Below, piece after piece: positions 46,458 to 58,057 of a DNA stretch of 64,000 nucleotides. How positions within the stretch are numbered: position 1 is the first letter of the stretch; each line of letters starts with the position of its first letter. Where the stretch lies: NCBI RefSeq assembly GCF_056746865.1, contig NZ_CM163382.1; one strand, written 5' to 3'. The notes under the pieces are model-generated. The model made no database searches. It saw nothing but the letters and a program-made list of their open reading frames with translations, and was not told the origin of the DNA. The position numbers and the translations under genes are program-made.

Positions 46458-46892
46458 ATGTTAAGTATTATTTTGACAGGGCATGGCGGATTTGCCAGCG
46501 GCATGGAAAAAGCAATGAAGCAAATCCTCGGCGAGCAATCGCAGTTTATCGCCATCGATTTTCCGGAAACCTCAAGCACCGCGCTGCTTACATCGCAGCT
46601 TGAAGAGGCCTTCGCCCAACTGGATTGTGAAGACGGCATTGTTTTTCTGACAGATTTGCTGGGCGGCACGCCGTTTCGCGTAGCTTCAACGCTGGCGATG
46701 CAAAAACCGGGCTGTGAAGTGATCACCGGCACCAATTTGCAACTGCTACTGGAGATGGTGCTGGAGCGCGAAGGGTTAAGCGGTGAAGAGTTCCGTGTGC
46801 AGGCGCTGGAGTGTGGACACCGTGGGCTGACCAGTTTGGTGGACGAGTTAGGCCGCTGCCATGAAGAATGTCCGGTCGAGGAAGGAATATGA
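46458..46892 (+). CDS. agaF: PTS IIA component AgaF (mannose family)
   Basis: 144-aa ORF with GGAGA-like RBS; IIA fold pattern (ILTGHGGFASG). Confidence 0.88.
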   Translation: MLSIILTGHGGFASGMEKAMKQILGEQSQFIAIDFPETSSTALLTSQLEEAFAQLDCEDGIVFLTDLLGGTPFRVASTLAMQKPGCEVITGTNLQLLLEMVLEREGLSGEEFRVQALECGHRGLTSLVDELGRCHEECPVEEGI

Positions 46893-48022
46893 CACACGTT
46901 CTGCGCGCCAGAAGGCTGCTGACTGAAGAGGGATGGCTCGATGACCATCAGTTGCGTATTGCTGACGGTGTAATCGCAGCAATCGAACCGATTCCAGTGG
47001 GCGTGACTGAACGCGATGCGGAACTGCTCTGCCCCGCTTACATCGACACCCATGTACACGGTGGTGCGGGCGTTGATGTAATGGATGACGCGCCGGATGT
47101 GCTCGACAAGCTGGCAATGCACAAGGCACGCGAAGGTGTCGGCAGTTGGTTACCGACCACCGTAACCGCGCCGCTTAATACCATTCATGCGGCGCTGAAA
47201 CGTATTGCTCAACGTTGCCAACGCGGCGGACCTGGTGCGCAAGTGCTGGGGAGTTATCTCGAAGGACCATACTTCACGCCGCAGAATAAAGGCGCGCATC
47301 CGCCGGAGCTGTTTCGCGAGCTGGAAATTGCCGAGCTGGATCAGTTGATTGCCGTTTCTCAGCACACCTTGCGCGTGGTAGCGCTGGCACCGGAAAAAGA
47401 AGGGGCATTGCAGGCCATCCGCCATCTTAAACAGCAAAACGTACGGGTGATGCTGGGGCATAGCGCGGCGACCTGGCAACAAACCCGTGCCGCGTTTGAC
47501 GCTGGTGCCGACGGCCTGGTGCATTGCTATAACGGGATGACAGGTTTACATCACCGCGAACCGGGAATGGTTGGCGCGGGATTAACGGACAAGCGCGCCT
47601 GGCTGGAACTGATAGCCGATGGTCATCATGTGCATCCGGCGGCGATGTCGCTGTGTTGTTGCTGTGCAAAAGAGAGAATCGTGCTCATCACCGACGCGAT
47701 GCAGGCAGCAGGGATGCCGGATGGTCGCTATACGTTATGTGGTGAAGAAGTGCAGATGCACGGTGGCGTTGTCCGTACCGCGTCCGGTGGGCTGGCGGGC
47801 AGTACGCTGTCTGTCGATGCGGCAGTGCGCAACATGGTTGAGTTGGCGGGTGTAACGCCTGCCGAAGCCATCCATATGGCGTCGCTGCATCCGGCGCAAA
47901 TGCTGGGTGTTGATGATGTTCTGGGATCGCTTAAACCGGGCAAACGCGCCAGCATCGTTGCGCTGGATAGCGGGCTGCATGTGCAACAAATCTGGATTCA
48001 GGGTCAATTAGCTTCGTTTTGA
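46889..48022 (+). CDS. agaA: N-acetylgalactosamine-6-phosphate deacetylase AgaA (full length, NagA homologue)
   Basis: ORF track 46868..48022; start at MTHVLRAR (377 aa) overlapping the agaF stop; metal-binding HxH motif (DTHVHGG). Confidence 0.9.
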   Translation: MTHVLRARRLLTEEGWLDDHQLRIADGVIAAIEPIPVGVTERDAELLCPAYIDTHVHGGAGVDVMDDAPDVLDKLAMHKAREGVGSWLPTTVTAPLNTIHAALKRIAQRCQRGGPGAQVLGSYLEGPYFTPQNKGAHPPELFRELEIAELDQLIAVSQHTLRVVALAPEKEGALQAIRHLKQQNVRVMLGHSAATWQQTRAAFDAGADGLVHCYNGMTGLHHREPGMVGAGLTDKRAWLELIADGHHVHPAAMSLCCCCAKERIVLITDAMQAAGMPDGRYTLCGEEVQMHGGVVRTASGGLAGSTLSVDAAVRNMVELAGVTPAEAIHMASLHPAQMLGVDDVLGSLKPGKRASIVALDSGLHVQQIWIQGQLASF

Positions 48023-48094
48023 TGGTTTGCTCCTTTATTGGGCCTTCACTTCCCCCGTAAGGCCTTTCTTTTTCTTTCGTTGTGCTCTGTGCAG

Positions 48095-48160
48095 GGTATC
48101 GGATGCGACGCTGACGCGTCTTCTTTGACCTACGGTACGCCGCATCCGGCAATCGGTGAA
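48095..48160. repeat. REP/BIME element downstream of agaA
   Basis: atcggatgcgacgctgacgcgtcttctttgacctac plus inverted partner cgccgcatccggc. Confidence 0.65.
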
Positions 48161-48371
48161 CATAGCAACGTCATCACGCCATCCTTTAATCTTCCCTTGT
48201 CTTTTCTTTCAACGATCACAAATTTCGTTTTATTTCTTTTTTCTCCATTGAACTTTCAGTTTCTTTTCTATAGATTTTAATCAACGAAAGACATCACCAA
48301 GTGAAATGAAACGAAAGGTAAGCGAAAGCGACAACGCCCGACGTCAAGTTCATCAGACTAAGGATTGAGTT
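48161..48371 (+). promoter_or_regulatory. agaS upstream control region with AgaR-operator-like CGAAAG/CTTTCG repeats
   Basis: ttcgttttatttc, caacgaaagacatcacc and tgaaatgaaacgaaaggtaagcgaaagcg motifs upstream of the agaS ATG. Confidence 0.55.
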
Positions 48372-49526
48372 ATGCCAGAAAATTACACCCCTGCTGCTGC
48401 CGCAACCGGTACATGGACTGAAGAAGAGATCCGCCATCAGCCTCGCGCATGGATCCGTTCACTCACCAACATCGACGCGCTACGTTCCGCGCTCAATAAC
48501 TTCCTTGAACCGTTACTGCGCAAAGAGAATCTGCGGGTAATCCTGACCGGAGCCGGAACCTCGGCATTTATCGGTGACATCATCGCGCCGTGGCTCGCCA
48601 GCCATACAGGTAAAAACTTCAGCGCCGTACCGACCACCGATCTGGTCACCAATCCGATGGACTACCTGAATCCAGCTCATCCACTGCTGTTGATCTCCTT
48701 CGGTCGATCCGGCAACAGCCCGGAAAGCGTCGCCGCCGTGGAACTGGCAAATCAATTTGTACCCGAGTGCTATCACCTGCCGATCACCTGCAACGAAGCG
48801 GGCGCTCTTTACCAAAACGCGATCAACAGCGACAACGCGTTTGCCCTGCTGATGCCCGCAGAAACGCACGACCGCGGCTTTGCGATGACCAGCAGCATTA
48901 CCACCATGATGGTCAGCTGCCTCGCGGTTTTCGCACCTGAGACGATCAACAGCCAGAGCTTCCGCGACGTGGCGGATCGTTGCCAGGCGATCCTGACCTC
49001 ACTGGGCGATTTCAGCGAAGGTGTGTTTGGTTACGCACCGTGGAAACGGATCGTTTATCTCGGCAGCGGTGGCTTACAGGGCGCAGCACGCGAGTCGGCG
49101 CTGAAAGTACTGGAACTGACGGCGGGTAAACTGGCGGCCTTTTATGATTCCCCGACCGGATTCCGTCATGGCCCGAAATCGCTGGTCGATAACGAAACGC
49201 TGGTGGTGGTATTTGTCTCCAGCCACCCTTACACCCGTCAGTATGATCTTGATCTACTGGCTGAACTTCGCCGCGATAACCAGGCAATGCGCGTAATCGC
49301 CATCGCCGCGGAAAGCACAGACATCGTTGCTGCCGGTCCACATATTATCCTGCCGCCGTCCCGTCACTTTATCGACGTTGAGCAGGCATTTTGCTTCCTG
49401 ATGTACGCCCAGACGTTTGCACTTATGCAGTCGCTGCACATGGGCAATACGCCGGATACCCCATCAGCCAGCGGCACCGTTAACCGCGTGGTGCAAGGCG
49501 TAATCATTCATCCGTGGCAGGCATAA
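48372..49526 (+). CDS. agaS: Galactosamine-6-phosphate deaminase/isomerase AgaS (tandem SIS domains)
   Basis: 384-aa ORF recognised; AGGA RBS. Confidence 0.93.
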   Translation: MPENYTPAAAATGTWTEEEIRHQPRAWIRSLTNIDALRSALNNFLEPLLRKENLRVILTGAGTSAFIGDIIAPWLASHTGKNFSAVPTTDLVTNPMDYLNPAHPLLLISFGRSGNSPESVAAVELANQFVPECYHLPITCNEAGALYQNAINSDNAFALLMPAETHDRGFAMTSSITTMMVSCLAVFAPETINSQSFRDVADRCQAILTSLGDFSEGVFGYAPWKRIVYLGSGGLQGAARESALKVLELTAGKLAAFYDSPTGFRHGPKSLVDNETLVVVFVSSHPYTRQYDLDLLAELRRDNQAMRVIAIAAESTDIVAAGPHIILPPSRHFIDVEQAFCFLMYAQTFALMQSLHMGNTPDTPSASGTVNRVVQGVIIHPWQA

Positions 49527-50399
<873 letters not shown>

Positions 50400-50565
50400 T
50401 CATTAGTTTTTTATGATTTATCCCAATGTACTTCCCGATTAATATCGGGGAGTGCCTTAATGGTAAAGGAGATAACTAAACCTTAATAAATACATCAGTA
50501 CAATATCGCAACAATAATATATTTAAAAAAATTATATTATTCAACTTTATGGTGAGGATTACACA

Positions 50566-51042
50566 ATGAGCAGTCCAAATATTCTCTTAACCCGTATTGA
50601 TAACCGTCTGGTTCACGGTCAGGTTGGCGTGACCTGGACATCTACCATCGGTGCAAATCTGCTGGTAGTCGTGGATGATGTTGTCGCTAACGATGATATT
50701 CAACAGAAATTAATGGGTATTACCGCGGAAACCTACGGCTTTGGCATTCGTTTCTTTACTATCGAAAAAACCATTAATGTCATCGGCAAAGCTGCACCGC
50801 ATCAAAAGATCTTCCTGATTTGCCGTACGCCACAAACGGTACGTAAATTGGTAGAAGGTGGCATTGACCTGAAAGATGTCAACGTCGGCAATATGCATTT
50901 CTCGGAAGGGAAAAAGCAAATCAGCAGTAAAGTTTATGTCGATGACCAGGATCTCACGGACTTACGTTTTATTAAACAACGTGGCGTGAATGTTTTCATT
51001 CAGGACGTCCCTGGCGATCAAAAAGAACAAATCCCTGACTAA
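50566..51042 (+). CDS. agaB: PTS galactosamine-specific IIB component AgaB
   Basis: 158-aa ORF paralogous to AgaV (LTRIDNRLVHGQVGVTW). Confidence 0.92.
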   Translation: MSSPNILLTRIDNRLVHGQVGVTWTSTIGANLLVVVDDVVANDDIQQKLMGITAETYGFGIRFFTIEKTINVIGKAAPHQKIFLICRTPQTVRKLVEGGIDLKDVNVGNMHFSEGKKQISSKVYVDDQDLTDLRFIKQRGVNVFIQDVPGDQKEQIPD

Positions 51043-51080
51043 ATCTAAAATCGCCTTAATATTGGTTTGAGGTAATAAAA

Positions 51081-51884
51081 ATGCATGAAATAACCCTACT
51101 CCAAGGATTATCCCTGGCGGCGTTAGTTTTCTTTCTGGGGATTGATTTTTGGCTGGAAGCCTTATTTTTATTCCGCCCGATAATCGTTTGTACCCTAACT
51201 GGCGCTATTCTCGGTGATATTCAGACTGGCTTAATTACCGGTGGTCTGACAGAGTTGGCTTTCGCCGGATTAACCCCTGCAGGTGGTGTTCAGCCGCCCA
51301 ACCCGATTATGGCGGGTCTGATGACCACCGTCATTGCATGGTCTACGGGCGTTGATGCCAAAACGGCAATTGGTCTTGGCCTGCCGTTTAGTTTGTTAAT
51401 GCAGTACGTCATTCTGTTCTTCTATTCCGCTTTCTCATTATTTATGACCAAAGCCGATAAATGCGCGAAAGAAGCGGATACGGCAGCGTTTTCCCGACTT
51501 AACTGGACAACGATGCTCATCGTCGCTTCAGCGTATGCGGTGATTGCTTTCCTCTGTACTTACCTGGCACAAGGGGCGATGCAGGCGCTGGTGAAAGCGA
51601 TGCCCGCCTGGCTGACCCACGGCTTTGAAGTGGCTGGCGGTATTCTGCCTGCCGTTGGTTTTGGCTTGCTGCTGCGCGTAATGTTCAAAGCGCAATATAT
51701 CCCTTACCTGATCGCCGGTTTCCTGTTTGTTTGCTACATCCAGGTCAGCAACCTGTTGCCGGTTGCCGTACTGGGCGCAGGCTTTGCGGTGTATGAGTTT
51801 TTCAATGCGAAATCCCGGCAGCAAGCGCAACCGCAGCCCGTTGCCAGTAAAAATGAAGAAGAGGACTACAGCAATGGGATCTGA
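51081..51884 (+). CDS. agaC: PTS galactosamine-specific IIC component AgaC
   Basis: 267-aa multi-TM ORF paralogous to AgaW. Confidence 0.92.
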   Translation: MHEITLLQGLSLAALVFFLGIDFWLEALFLFRPIIVCTLTGAILGDIQTGLITGGLTELAFAGLTPAGGVQPPNPIMAGLMTTVIAWSTGVDAKTAIGLGLPFSLLMQYVILFFYSAFSLFMTKADKCAKEADTAAFSRLNWTTMLIVASAYAVIAFLCTYLAQGAMQALVKAMPAWLTHGFEVAGGILPAVGFGLLLRVMFKAQYIPYLIAGFLFVCYIQVSNLLPVAVLGAGFAVYEFFNAKSRQQAQPQPVASKNEEEDYSNGI

Positions 51885-52665
51885 AATCAGTAAAAAAGAT
51901 ATCACCCGTCTGGGCTTTCGTTCGTCACTGCTACAAGCAAGCTTTAACTACGAAAGGATGCAGGCGGGCGGTTTTACCTGGGCGATGTTGCCGATCCTGA
52001 AAAAGATTTATAAGGACGACAAACCGGGCCTAAGCGCGGCGATGAAAGATAACCTCGAATTTATTAATACCCACCCGAATCTGGTCGGATTCCTGATGGG
52101 GTTATTAATTTCGATGGAAGAAAAAGGAGAAAACCGCGACACCATTAAAGGCCTCAAAGTGGCACTGTTTGGCCCAATCGCCGGGATTGGCGATGCGATT
52201 TTCTGGTTTACCTTATTGCCGATTATGGCGGGAATTTGCTCATCATTTGCCAGCCAGGGAAACTTGCTGGGGCCGATTCTATTTTTCGCCGTTTACCTGC
52301 TTATCTTCTTCCTGCGCGTCGGCTGGACCCACGTCGGTTATTCAGTCGGCGTGAAGGCGATCGATAAAGTGCGAGAGAACTCGCAGATGATTGCTCGTTC
52401 GGCAACCATCCTCGGGATCACGGTAATCGGCGGGCTGATCGCTTCGTATGTGCATATTAACGTGGTGACATCGTTTGCCATCGACAGTACCCACAGCGTC
52501 GCGCTGCAGCAGGATTTCTTCGATAAAGTCTTCCCGAATATTTTACCGATGGCCTACACCCTGCTGATGTATTACTTCCTGCGGGTGAAAAAAGCGCATC
52601 CGGTGCTGTTAATCGGCGTGACGTTTGTTCTTTCTATTGTTTGTTCTGCATTCGGCATTTTGTAA
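51874..52665 (+). CDS. agaD: PTS galactosamine-specific IID component AgaD
   Basis: ORF track 51727..52665; start at MGSEISKKD (263 aa) overlapping the agaC stop. Confidence 0.92.
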   Translation: MGSEISKKDITRLGFRSSLLQASFNYERMQAGGFTWAMLPILKKIYKDDKPGLSAAMKDNLEFINTHPNLVGFLMGLLISMEEKGENRDTIKGLKVALFGPIAGIGDAIFWFTLLPIMAGICSSFASQGNLLGPILFFAVYLLIFFLRVGWTHVGYSVGVKAIDKVRENSQMIARSATILGITVIGGLIASYVHINVVTSFAIDSTHSVALQQDFFDKVFPNILPMAYTLLMYYFLRVKKAHPVLLIGVTFVLSIVCSAFGIL

Positions 52666-53433
52666 ATGGAACGAGGCACCGCGTCTGGCGGTGCCTCTTT
52701 ACTTAAGGAATTTCATCCTGTGCAAACCCTTCAACAAGTTGAAAACTATACGGCGTTAAGTGAACGTGCCAGCGAATATTTATTGGCCGTGATCCGTAGC
52801 AAACCGGATGCCGTGATTTGCCTGGCGACCGGAGCCACGCCATTACTGACGTATCATTATCTGGTAGAAAAAATCCACCAGCAGCAGGTTGATGTCAGCC
52901 AGCTCACCTTCGTGAAGCTCGACGAATGGGTGGATCTGCCATTAACGATGCCTGGCACCTGCGAAACTTTCCTGCAACAGCATATCGTGCAGCCGCTGGG
53001 GCTACGTGAAGACCAACTCATCAGCTTTCGCTCCGAAGAGATAAATGAGACAGAGTGCGAACGGGTAACGAACCTGATTGCGCGCAAAGGCGGTCTGGAT
53101 TTATGCGTTCTCGGATTGGGGAAAAACGGTCATCTTGGGCTGAACGAACCGGGAGAAAACCTGCAACCGGCCTGCCATATCAGTCAACTTGATGCCAGAA
53201 CACAGCAACATGAGATGTTAAAAACCGCGGGCCGTCCTGTGACTCGTGGGATCACCTTAGGCCTGAAGGATATTCTCAATGCCCGCGAAGTTTTGTTACT
53301 GGTGACTGGCGAAGGAAAGCAGGATGCGACAGAACGTTTTCTCACGGCTAAAGTCTCTACCGCTATCCCGGCTTCATTTTTATGGCTGCATAACCATTTC
53401 ACATGCGTGATTGATGAAATGTGTCGTCGTTAA
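52666..53433 (+). CDS. agaI: Putative galactosamine-6-phosphate deaminase/isomerase AgaI (NagB-like)
   Basis: ORF recognised; start uncertain (ATG at 52666 without RBS, or GTG at 52720 with AAGGAA RBS); a hairpin aggcaccgc...gcggtgcct lies at 52673-52697. Confidence 0.85.
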   Translation: MERGTASGGASLLKEFHPVQTLQQVENYTALSERASEYLLAVIRSKPDAVICLATGATPLLTYHYLVEKIHQQQVDVSQLTFVKLDEWVDLPLTMPGTCETFLQQHIVQPLGLREDQLISFRSEEINETECERVTNLIARKGGLDLCVLGLGKNGHLGLNEPGENLQPACHISQLDARTQQHEMLKTAGRPVTRGITLGLKDILNAREVLLLVTGEGKQDATERFLTAKVSTAIPASFLWLHNHFTCVIDEMCRR

Positions 53434-53482
53434 CTCGCCAGGTAAAGGCGTTGTAGCGCTATTCCTGCTGCGACGCCTGTAA

Positions 53483-54346
53483 TCACTCTCCCTGCTGCTC
53501 CAGCGCATACTTATACAGCGCATTTTTCTTCACGCCGTGAATTTCTGCGGCCAGCGCCGCCGCTTTTTTCAGCGGCAGTTCTGCCTGTAGCAGCGCCAGC
53601 GTGCGCAGGGCATCAGCAGGCAGGTCATCTTCCTGCGCTTTATGGCCTTCGACAATCAGTACCATTTCGCCTTTGCGACGGTTTTCATCTTCTTTGACCC
53701 ACGCCAGCAGCTCGCCAACGGGCGCGCCGTGAATGGTTTCCCAGGTTTTGGTTAGCTCACGCGCCAGAACCACGTAGCGGGATTCGCCTAATACCGCAAC
53801 GATATCTTCCAGGCTATCTAACAGACGGTGGGTAGATTCATAAAAAATCAGCGTGCGCGGCTCCGCTTCAATGGCTTTTAGCGCATCACGGCGGCCTTTT
53901 GATTTGGCAGGTAAAAAGCCTTCATAACAAAAACGATCGGATGGTAAACCCGCGGCGCTTAACGCAGTGATAGCAGCACACGGCCCGGGTAGCGGCACCA
54001 CGCGAATCCCCGCTTCACGGCAGGTACGCACCAGATGGTAGCCAGGATCGTTAATTAGCGGCGTTCCGGCATCGGAAACCAGCGCAATGTTTTGCCCCTC
54101 TTGCAGCTTCGCCAGCAGCGTTTCGGCTTTTTGTTGTTCGTTATGGTCGTGCAGCGCAAACAACCGAGCATTAATCCCAAAATGTTGCAGCAATAAACCG
54201 GTGTGACGCGTATCCTCGGCGGCAATCAGATCAACGGCCTGTAATACCTCCAACGCACGCTGGGTGATATCCGCCAGATTGCCGATTGGCGTCGGTACAA
54301 TGTAAAGCTGGCCCTGAGAATTATCCGCCGATTGGTGTTGTTTCAT
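53483..54346 (-). CDS. rsmI: 16S rRNA (cytidine1402-2'-O)-methyltransferase RsmI (YraL)
   Basis: 287-aa ORF recognised (tetrapyrrole-methylase fold, [14 protein letters not shown]). Confidence 0.92.
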   Translation of the reverse strand: MKQHQSADNSQGQLYIVPTPIGNLADITQRALEVLQAVDLIAAEDTRHTGLLLQHFGINARLFALHDHNEQQKAETLLAKLQEGQNIALVSDAGTPLINDPGYHLVRTCREAGIRVVPLPGPCAAITALSAAGLPSDRFCYEGFLPAKSKGRRDALKAIEAEPRTLIFYESTHRLLDSLEDIVAVLGESRYVVLARELTKTWETIHGAPVGELLAWVKEDENRRKGEMVLIVEGHKAQEDDLPADALRTLALLQAELPLKKAAALAAEIHGVKKNALYKYALEQQGE

Positions 54347-54410
54347 TGTGTCGTCCGTATTGCCGATTTAATATTGAGCATTGCGTAAAAAAAATATCAC
54401 TGGATACATT

Positions 54411-56447
54411 ATGGTACCCTCAACATTTTCTCGTTTGAAAGCCGCGCGTTGTCTGCCTGTTGTTCTGGCAGCCCTGATTTTCGCCGGTTGTGGCACCCAT
54501 ACTCCCGATCAGTCCACTGCTTATATGCAGGGCACGGCGCAGGCTGATTCTGCCTTTTACCTGCAACAGATGCAGCAAAGTTCTGATGATACCAGGATCA
54601 ACTGGCAATTACTCGCCATTCGTGCACTGGTGAAAGAAGGTAAAACCGGACAGGCGGTGGAGTTGTTTAACCAACTACCGCAAGAACTGAACGATTCTCA
54701 GCGTCGCGAGAAAACACTGCTGGCGGCAGAGATTAAACTGGCGCAGAAAGATTTTGCTGGCGCGCAAAACTTGCTGGCGAAAATCACACCTGCAGATTTA
54801 GAACAAAACCAGCAAGCGCGTTACTGGCAGGCAAAAATCGATGCCAGCCAGGGGCGTCCTTCCATTGATTTACTGCGCGCGTTAATTGCTCAGGAACCGC
54901 TGCTCGGTGCGAAAGAAAAGCAGCAGAATATTGACGCCACCTGGCAGGCGCTCTCCTCCATGACTCAGGAACAGGCGAATACGCTGGTGATCAATGCCGA
55001 CGAAAATATTCTGCAAGGCTGGCTGGATCTGCAGCGCGTCTGGTTTGATAACCGTAACGATCCCGACATGATGAAAGCCGGGATCGCCGACTGGCAGAAA
55101 CGTTATCCGAACAACCCGGGCGCGAAAATGCTGCCAACGCAGTTGGTTAACGTAAAAGCGTTTAAACCCGCATCGACCAACAAAATCGCCCTGATGTTGC
55201 CACTGAATGGCCAGGCAGCGGTATTTGGTCGCACTATTCAGCAAGGCTTTGAAGCGGCGAAAAATATCGGCACTCAGCCAGTGGCGGCTCAGGTAGCTGC
55301 CGCACCTGCCGCAGACGTAGCAGAACAACCTCAGCCGCAAACCGTGGATGGCGTTGCCAGCCCGGCACAAGCCTCGGTTAGCGATCTGACCGGTGAACAA
55401 CCTGCGGCCCAGCCGGTGCCTGTAAGCGCCCCGGCGGCAACCACCGCAGCGGTAAGCGCACCCGCGAATCCATCCGCAGAGCTGAAAATCTACGATACAT
55501 CATCACAACCACTTAGCCAGATCTTAAGCCAGGTTCAACAGGATGGCGCGAGTATTGTGGTCGGTCCGTTGCTGAAAAATAACGTTGAAGAGTTGCTGAA
55601 GAGCAACACCCCGCTGAACGTGCTGGCACTGAACCAGCCGGAGAACATCGAAAACCGCGTCAATATTTGTTACTTCGCGCTTTCACCGGAAGACGAAGCG
55701 CGCGATGCAGCGCGTCATATTCGTGACCAGGGTAAACAAGCGCCGCTGGTGCTGATCCCACGCAGTTCATTGGGCGATCGCGTAGCCAATGCGTTTGCGC
55801 AAGAGTGGCAGAAACTGGGTGGCGGCACCGTTCTGCAACAAAAATTTGGTTCCACCAGCGAATTACGCGCGGGTGTTAACGGCGGTTCTGGTATTGCTTT
55901 AACGGGTAGCCCGATTACTCCCAGAGCGACAACCGACTCCGGCATGACGACCAACAATCCAACGCTGCAAACCACGCCAACCGATGACCAGTTCACCAAT
56001 AATGGCGGTCGTGTCGATGCGGTGTACATTGTGGCAACGCCGGGTGAAATCGCTTTTATCAAACCGATGATCGCCATGCGTAACGGCAGTCACAGCGGTG
56101 CGACGCTGTACGCCAGCTCCCGCAGTGCGCAAGGGACCGCTGGCCCGGATTTCCGCCTGGAGATGGAAGGCTTGCAGTACAGCGAAATCCCGATGCTGGC
56201 AGGCGGTAATCTGCCGTTAATGCAGCAGGCGCTCAGCGCGGTGAACAACGATTATTCGCTGGCTCGCATGTATGCGATGGGCGTTGATGCCTGGTCGTTG
56301 GCAAATCATTTCTCACAAATGCGCCAGGTTCAGGGTTTTGAAATCAACGGTAATACCGGAAGTCTGACGGCTAACCCGGATTGCGTGATTAACAGGAAGT
56401 TATCATGGCTACAGTACCAACAAGGTCAGGTAGTCCCCGCCAGTTAA
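54411..56447 (+). CDS. lpoA: Outer-membrane lipoprotein LpoA, activator of PBP1A
   Basis: ORF track 54381..56447; start at [14 protein letters not shown]...AGCG (lipobox; 678 aa); TPR N-domain and Ala/Pro/Gln-rich linker. Confidence 0.92.
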   Translation: MVPSTFSRLKAARCLPVVLAALIFAGCGTHTPDQSTAYMQGTAQADSAFYLQQMQQSSDDTRINWQLLAIRALVKEGKTGQAVELFNQLPQELNDSQRREKTLLAAEIKLAQKDFAGAQNLLAKITPADLEQNQQARYWQAKIDASQGRPSIDLLRALIAQEPLLGAKEKQQNIDATWQALSSMTQEQANTLVINADENILQGWLDLQRVWFDNRNDPDMMKAGIADWQKRYPNNPGAKMLPTQLVNVKAFKPASTNKIALMLPLNGQAAVFGRTIQQGFEAAKNIGTQPVAAQVAAAPAADVAEQPQPQTVDGVASPAQASVSDLTGEQPAAQPVPVSAPAATTAAVSAPANPSAELKIYDTSSQPLSQILSQVQQDGASIVVGPLLKNNVEELLKSNTPLNVLALNQPENIENRVNICYFALSPEDEARDAARHIRDQGKQAPLVLIPRSSLGDRVANAFAQEWQKLGGGTVLQQKFGSTSELRAGVNGGSGIALTGSPITPRATTDSGMTTNNPTLQTTPTDDQFTNNGGRVDAVYIVATPGEIAFIKPMIAMRNGSHSGATLYASSRSAQGTAGPDFRLEMEGLQYSEIPMLAGGNLPLMQQALSAVNNDYSLARMYAMGVDAWSLANHFSQMRQVQGFEINGNTGSLTANPDCVINRKLSWLQYQQGQVVPAS

Positions 56448-56800
56448 CCACCAAACAGACCGGCGATGCGTGGGAAGTACAAGCGCGTCGCTGGCTGGAA
56501 GGCAAAGGACTGCGGTTTATCGCCGCTAACGTGAACGAGCGTGGCGGCGAGATCGATCTGATAATGCGTGAAGGCCGGACCACCGTTTTTGTCGAGGTGC
56601 GTTACCGCCGCTCTGCGCTTTATGGCGGCGCGGCAGCCAGTGTGACCCGCAGCAAACAACACAAATTATTACAGACTGCCCGCTTGTGGCTCGCGCGTCA
56701 TAATGGGAGTTTTGATACTGTGGATTGCCGGTTCGATGTGGTAGCCTTCACCGGGAATGAGGTTGAGTGGATTAAGGATGCCTTTAATGACCACTCATAA
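56405..56800 (+). CDS. yraN: UPF0102 protein YraN (predicted endonuclease-like)
   Basis: 131-aa ORF recognised; overlaps the lpoA 3' end by 43 nt. Confidence 0.85.
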   Translation: MATVPTRSGSPRQLTTKQTGDAWEVQARRWLEGKGLRFIAANVNERGGEIDLIMREGRTTVFVEVRYRRSALYGGAAASVTRSKQHKLLQTARLWLARHNGSFDTVDCRFDVVAFTGNEVEWIKDAFNDHS

Positions 56801-56819
56801 TTAAGGTTTAAGGATTAGC

Positions 56820-57410
56820 GTGCAAGAAAGAATTAAAGCTTGCTTCACTGAAAGCATTCAAACTCAAATTGCGGCGGCAGAGGCGCTTCCGGATGCCATC
56901 TCCCGTGCAGCCATGACGCTGGTTCAGTCTCTGCTCAATGGCAACAAAATCCTCTGTTGTGGTAATGGAACTTCCGCTGCCAATGCACAGCATTTTGCTG
57001 CCAGCATGATCAACCGTTTCGAAACGGAGCGGCCCAGCTTACCTGCCATTGCACTAAATACTGATAATGTTGTCTTAACGGCGATTGCCAACGATCGCTT
57101 ACATGATGAAGTGTATGCAAAACAGGTGCGGGCGCTGGGTCATGCGGGAGATGTATTGTTAGCCATTTCCACCCGTGGCAACAGCCGCGATATTGTAAAA
57201 GCGGTAGAAGCTGCCGTTACGCGTGATATGACCATTGTGGCATTAACCGGCTATGACGGCGGTGAACTTGCAGGTTTGTTAGGGCCACAGGATGTGGAGA
57301 TCCGCATTCCTTCGCATCGTAGTGCTCGCATTCAGGAGATGCATATGCTGACGGTAAATTGCCTGTGCGATCTGATCGATAACACGCTTTTCCCTCACCA
57401 GGATGTTTAA
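56820..57410 (+). CDS. diaA: DnaA initiator-associating protein DiaA (SIS domain)
   Basis: 196-aa ORF recognised. Confidence 0.92.
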
Positions 57411-57419
57411 GGAGAATAC

Positions 57420-57995
57420 ATGAAGGCATTATCGCCAATCGCAGTCCTTCTTTCCGCGCTGCTGTTGCAAGGTTGTGTTGCCGCTGCCGTAGTGGGTACC
57501 GCTGCTGTGGGTACCAAAGCCGCAACTGATCCACGCAGTGTCGGCACCCAGGTGGACGATGGTACCCTGGAAGTGCGCGTAAACAGCGCATTGTCGAAAG
57601 ACGAACAGATTAAGAAAGAAACCCGTATTAATGTCACGGCTTATCAGGGCAAAGTGCTGCTGGTTGGGCAGTCACCAAACGCTGAACTTTCGGCTCGCGC
57701 TAAACAAATTGCGATGGGCGTCGACGGTGCCAACGAAGTGTATAACGAGATTCGTCAGGGCCAGCCGATTGGTCTGGGCGAAGCGTCTAACGATACGTGG
57801 ATCACCACCAAAGTGCGTTCGCAGCTGTTAACCAGCGACCTGGTGAAATCGTCCAACGTGAAAGTGACCACCGAAAACGGTGAAGTGTTCCTGATGGGGC
57901 TAGTGACTGAACGTGAAGCGAAAGCGGCGGCAGATATTGCCAGCCGGGTAAGCGGCGTGAAGCGGGTAACCACAGCGTTTACGTTTATTAAATAA
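57420..57995 (+). CDS. dolP: Outer-membrane lipoprotein DolP (YraP), dual BON domain
   Basis: 191-aa ORF with lipoprotein signal (LLQGC) recognised; GGAGA RBS. Confidence 0.92.
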   Translation: MKALSPIAVLLSALLLQGCVAAAVVGTAAVGTKAATDPRSVGTQVDDGTLEVRVNSALSKDEQIKKETRINVTAYQGKVLLVGQSPNAELSARAKQIAMGVDGANEVYNEIRQGQPIGLGEASNDTWITTKVRSQLLTSDLVKSSNVKVTTENGEVFLMGLVTEREAKAAADIASRVSGVKRVTTAFTFIK

Positions 57996-58057
57996 GCCAT
58001 TGATCGGTCGTTGAAGTAAATATTCACACCTTAGCCGACCTGTTCCCCTCACCCTAA

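Noticed and set aside
52673-52697. Hairpin aggcaccgc-gtctg-gcggtgcct just after the agaD stop, considered as an intra-operon terminator
   Set aside because: It lies inside the most likely agaI reading frame (if the ATG at 52666 is used) and lacks a clear U-tract; more likely an mRNA structure affecting agaI translation initiation than a terminator.
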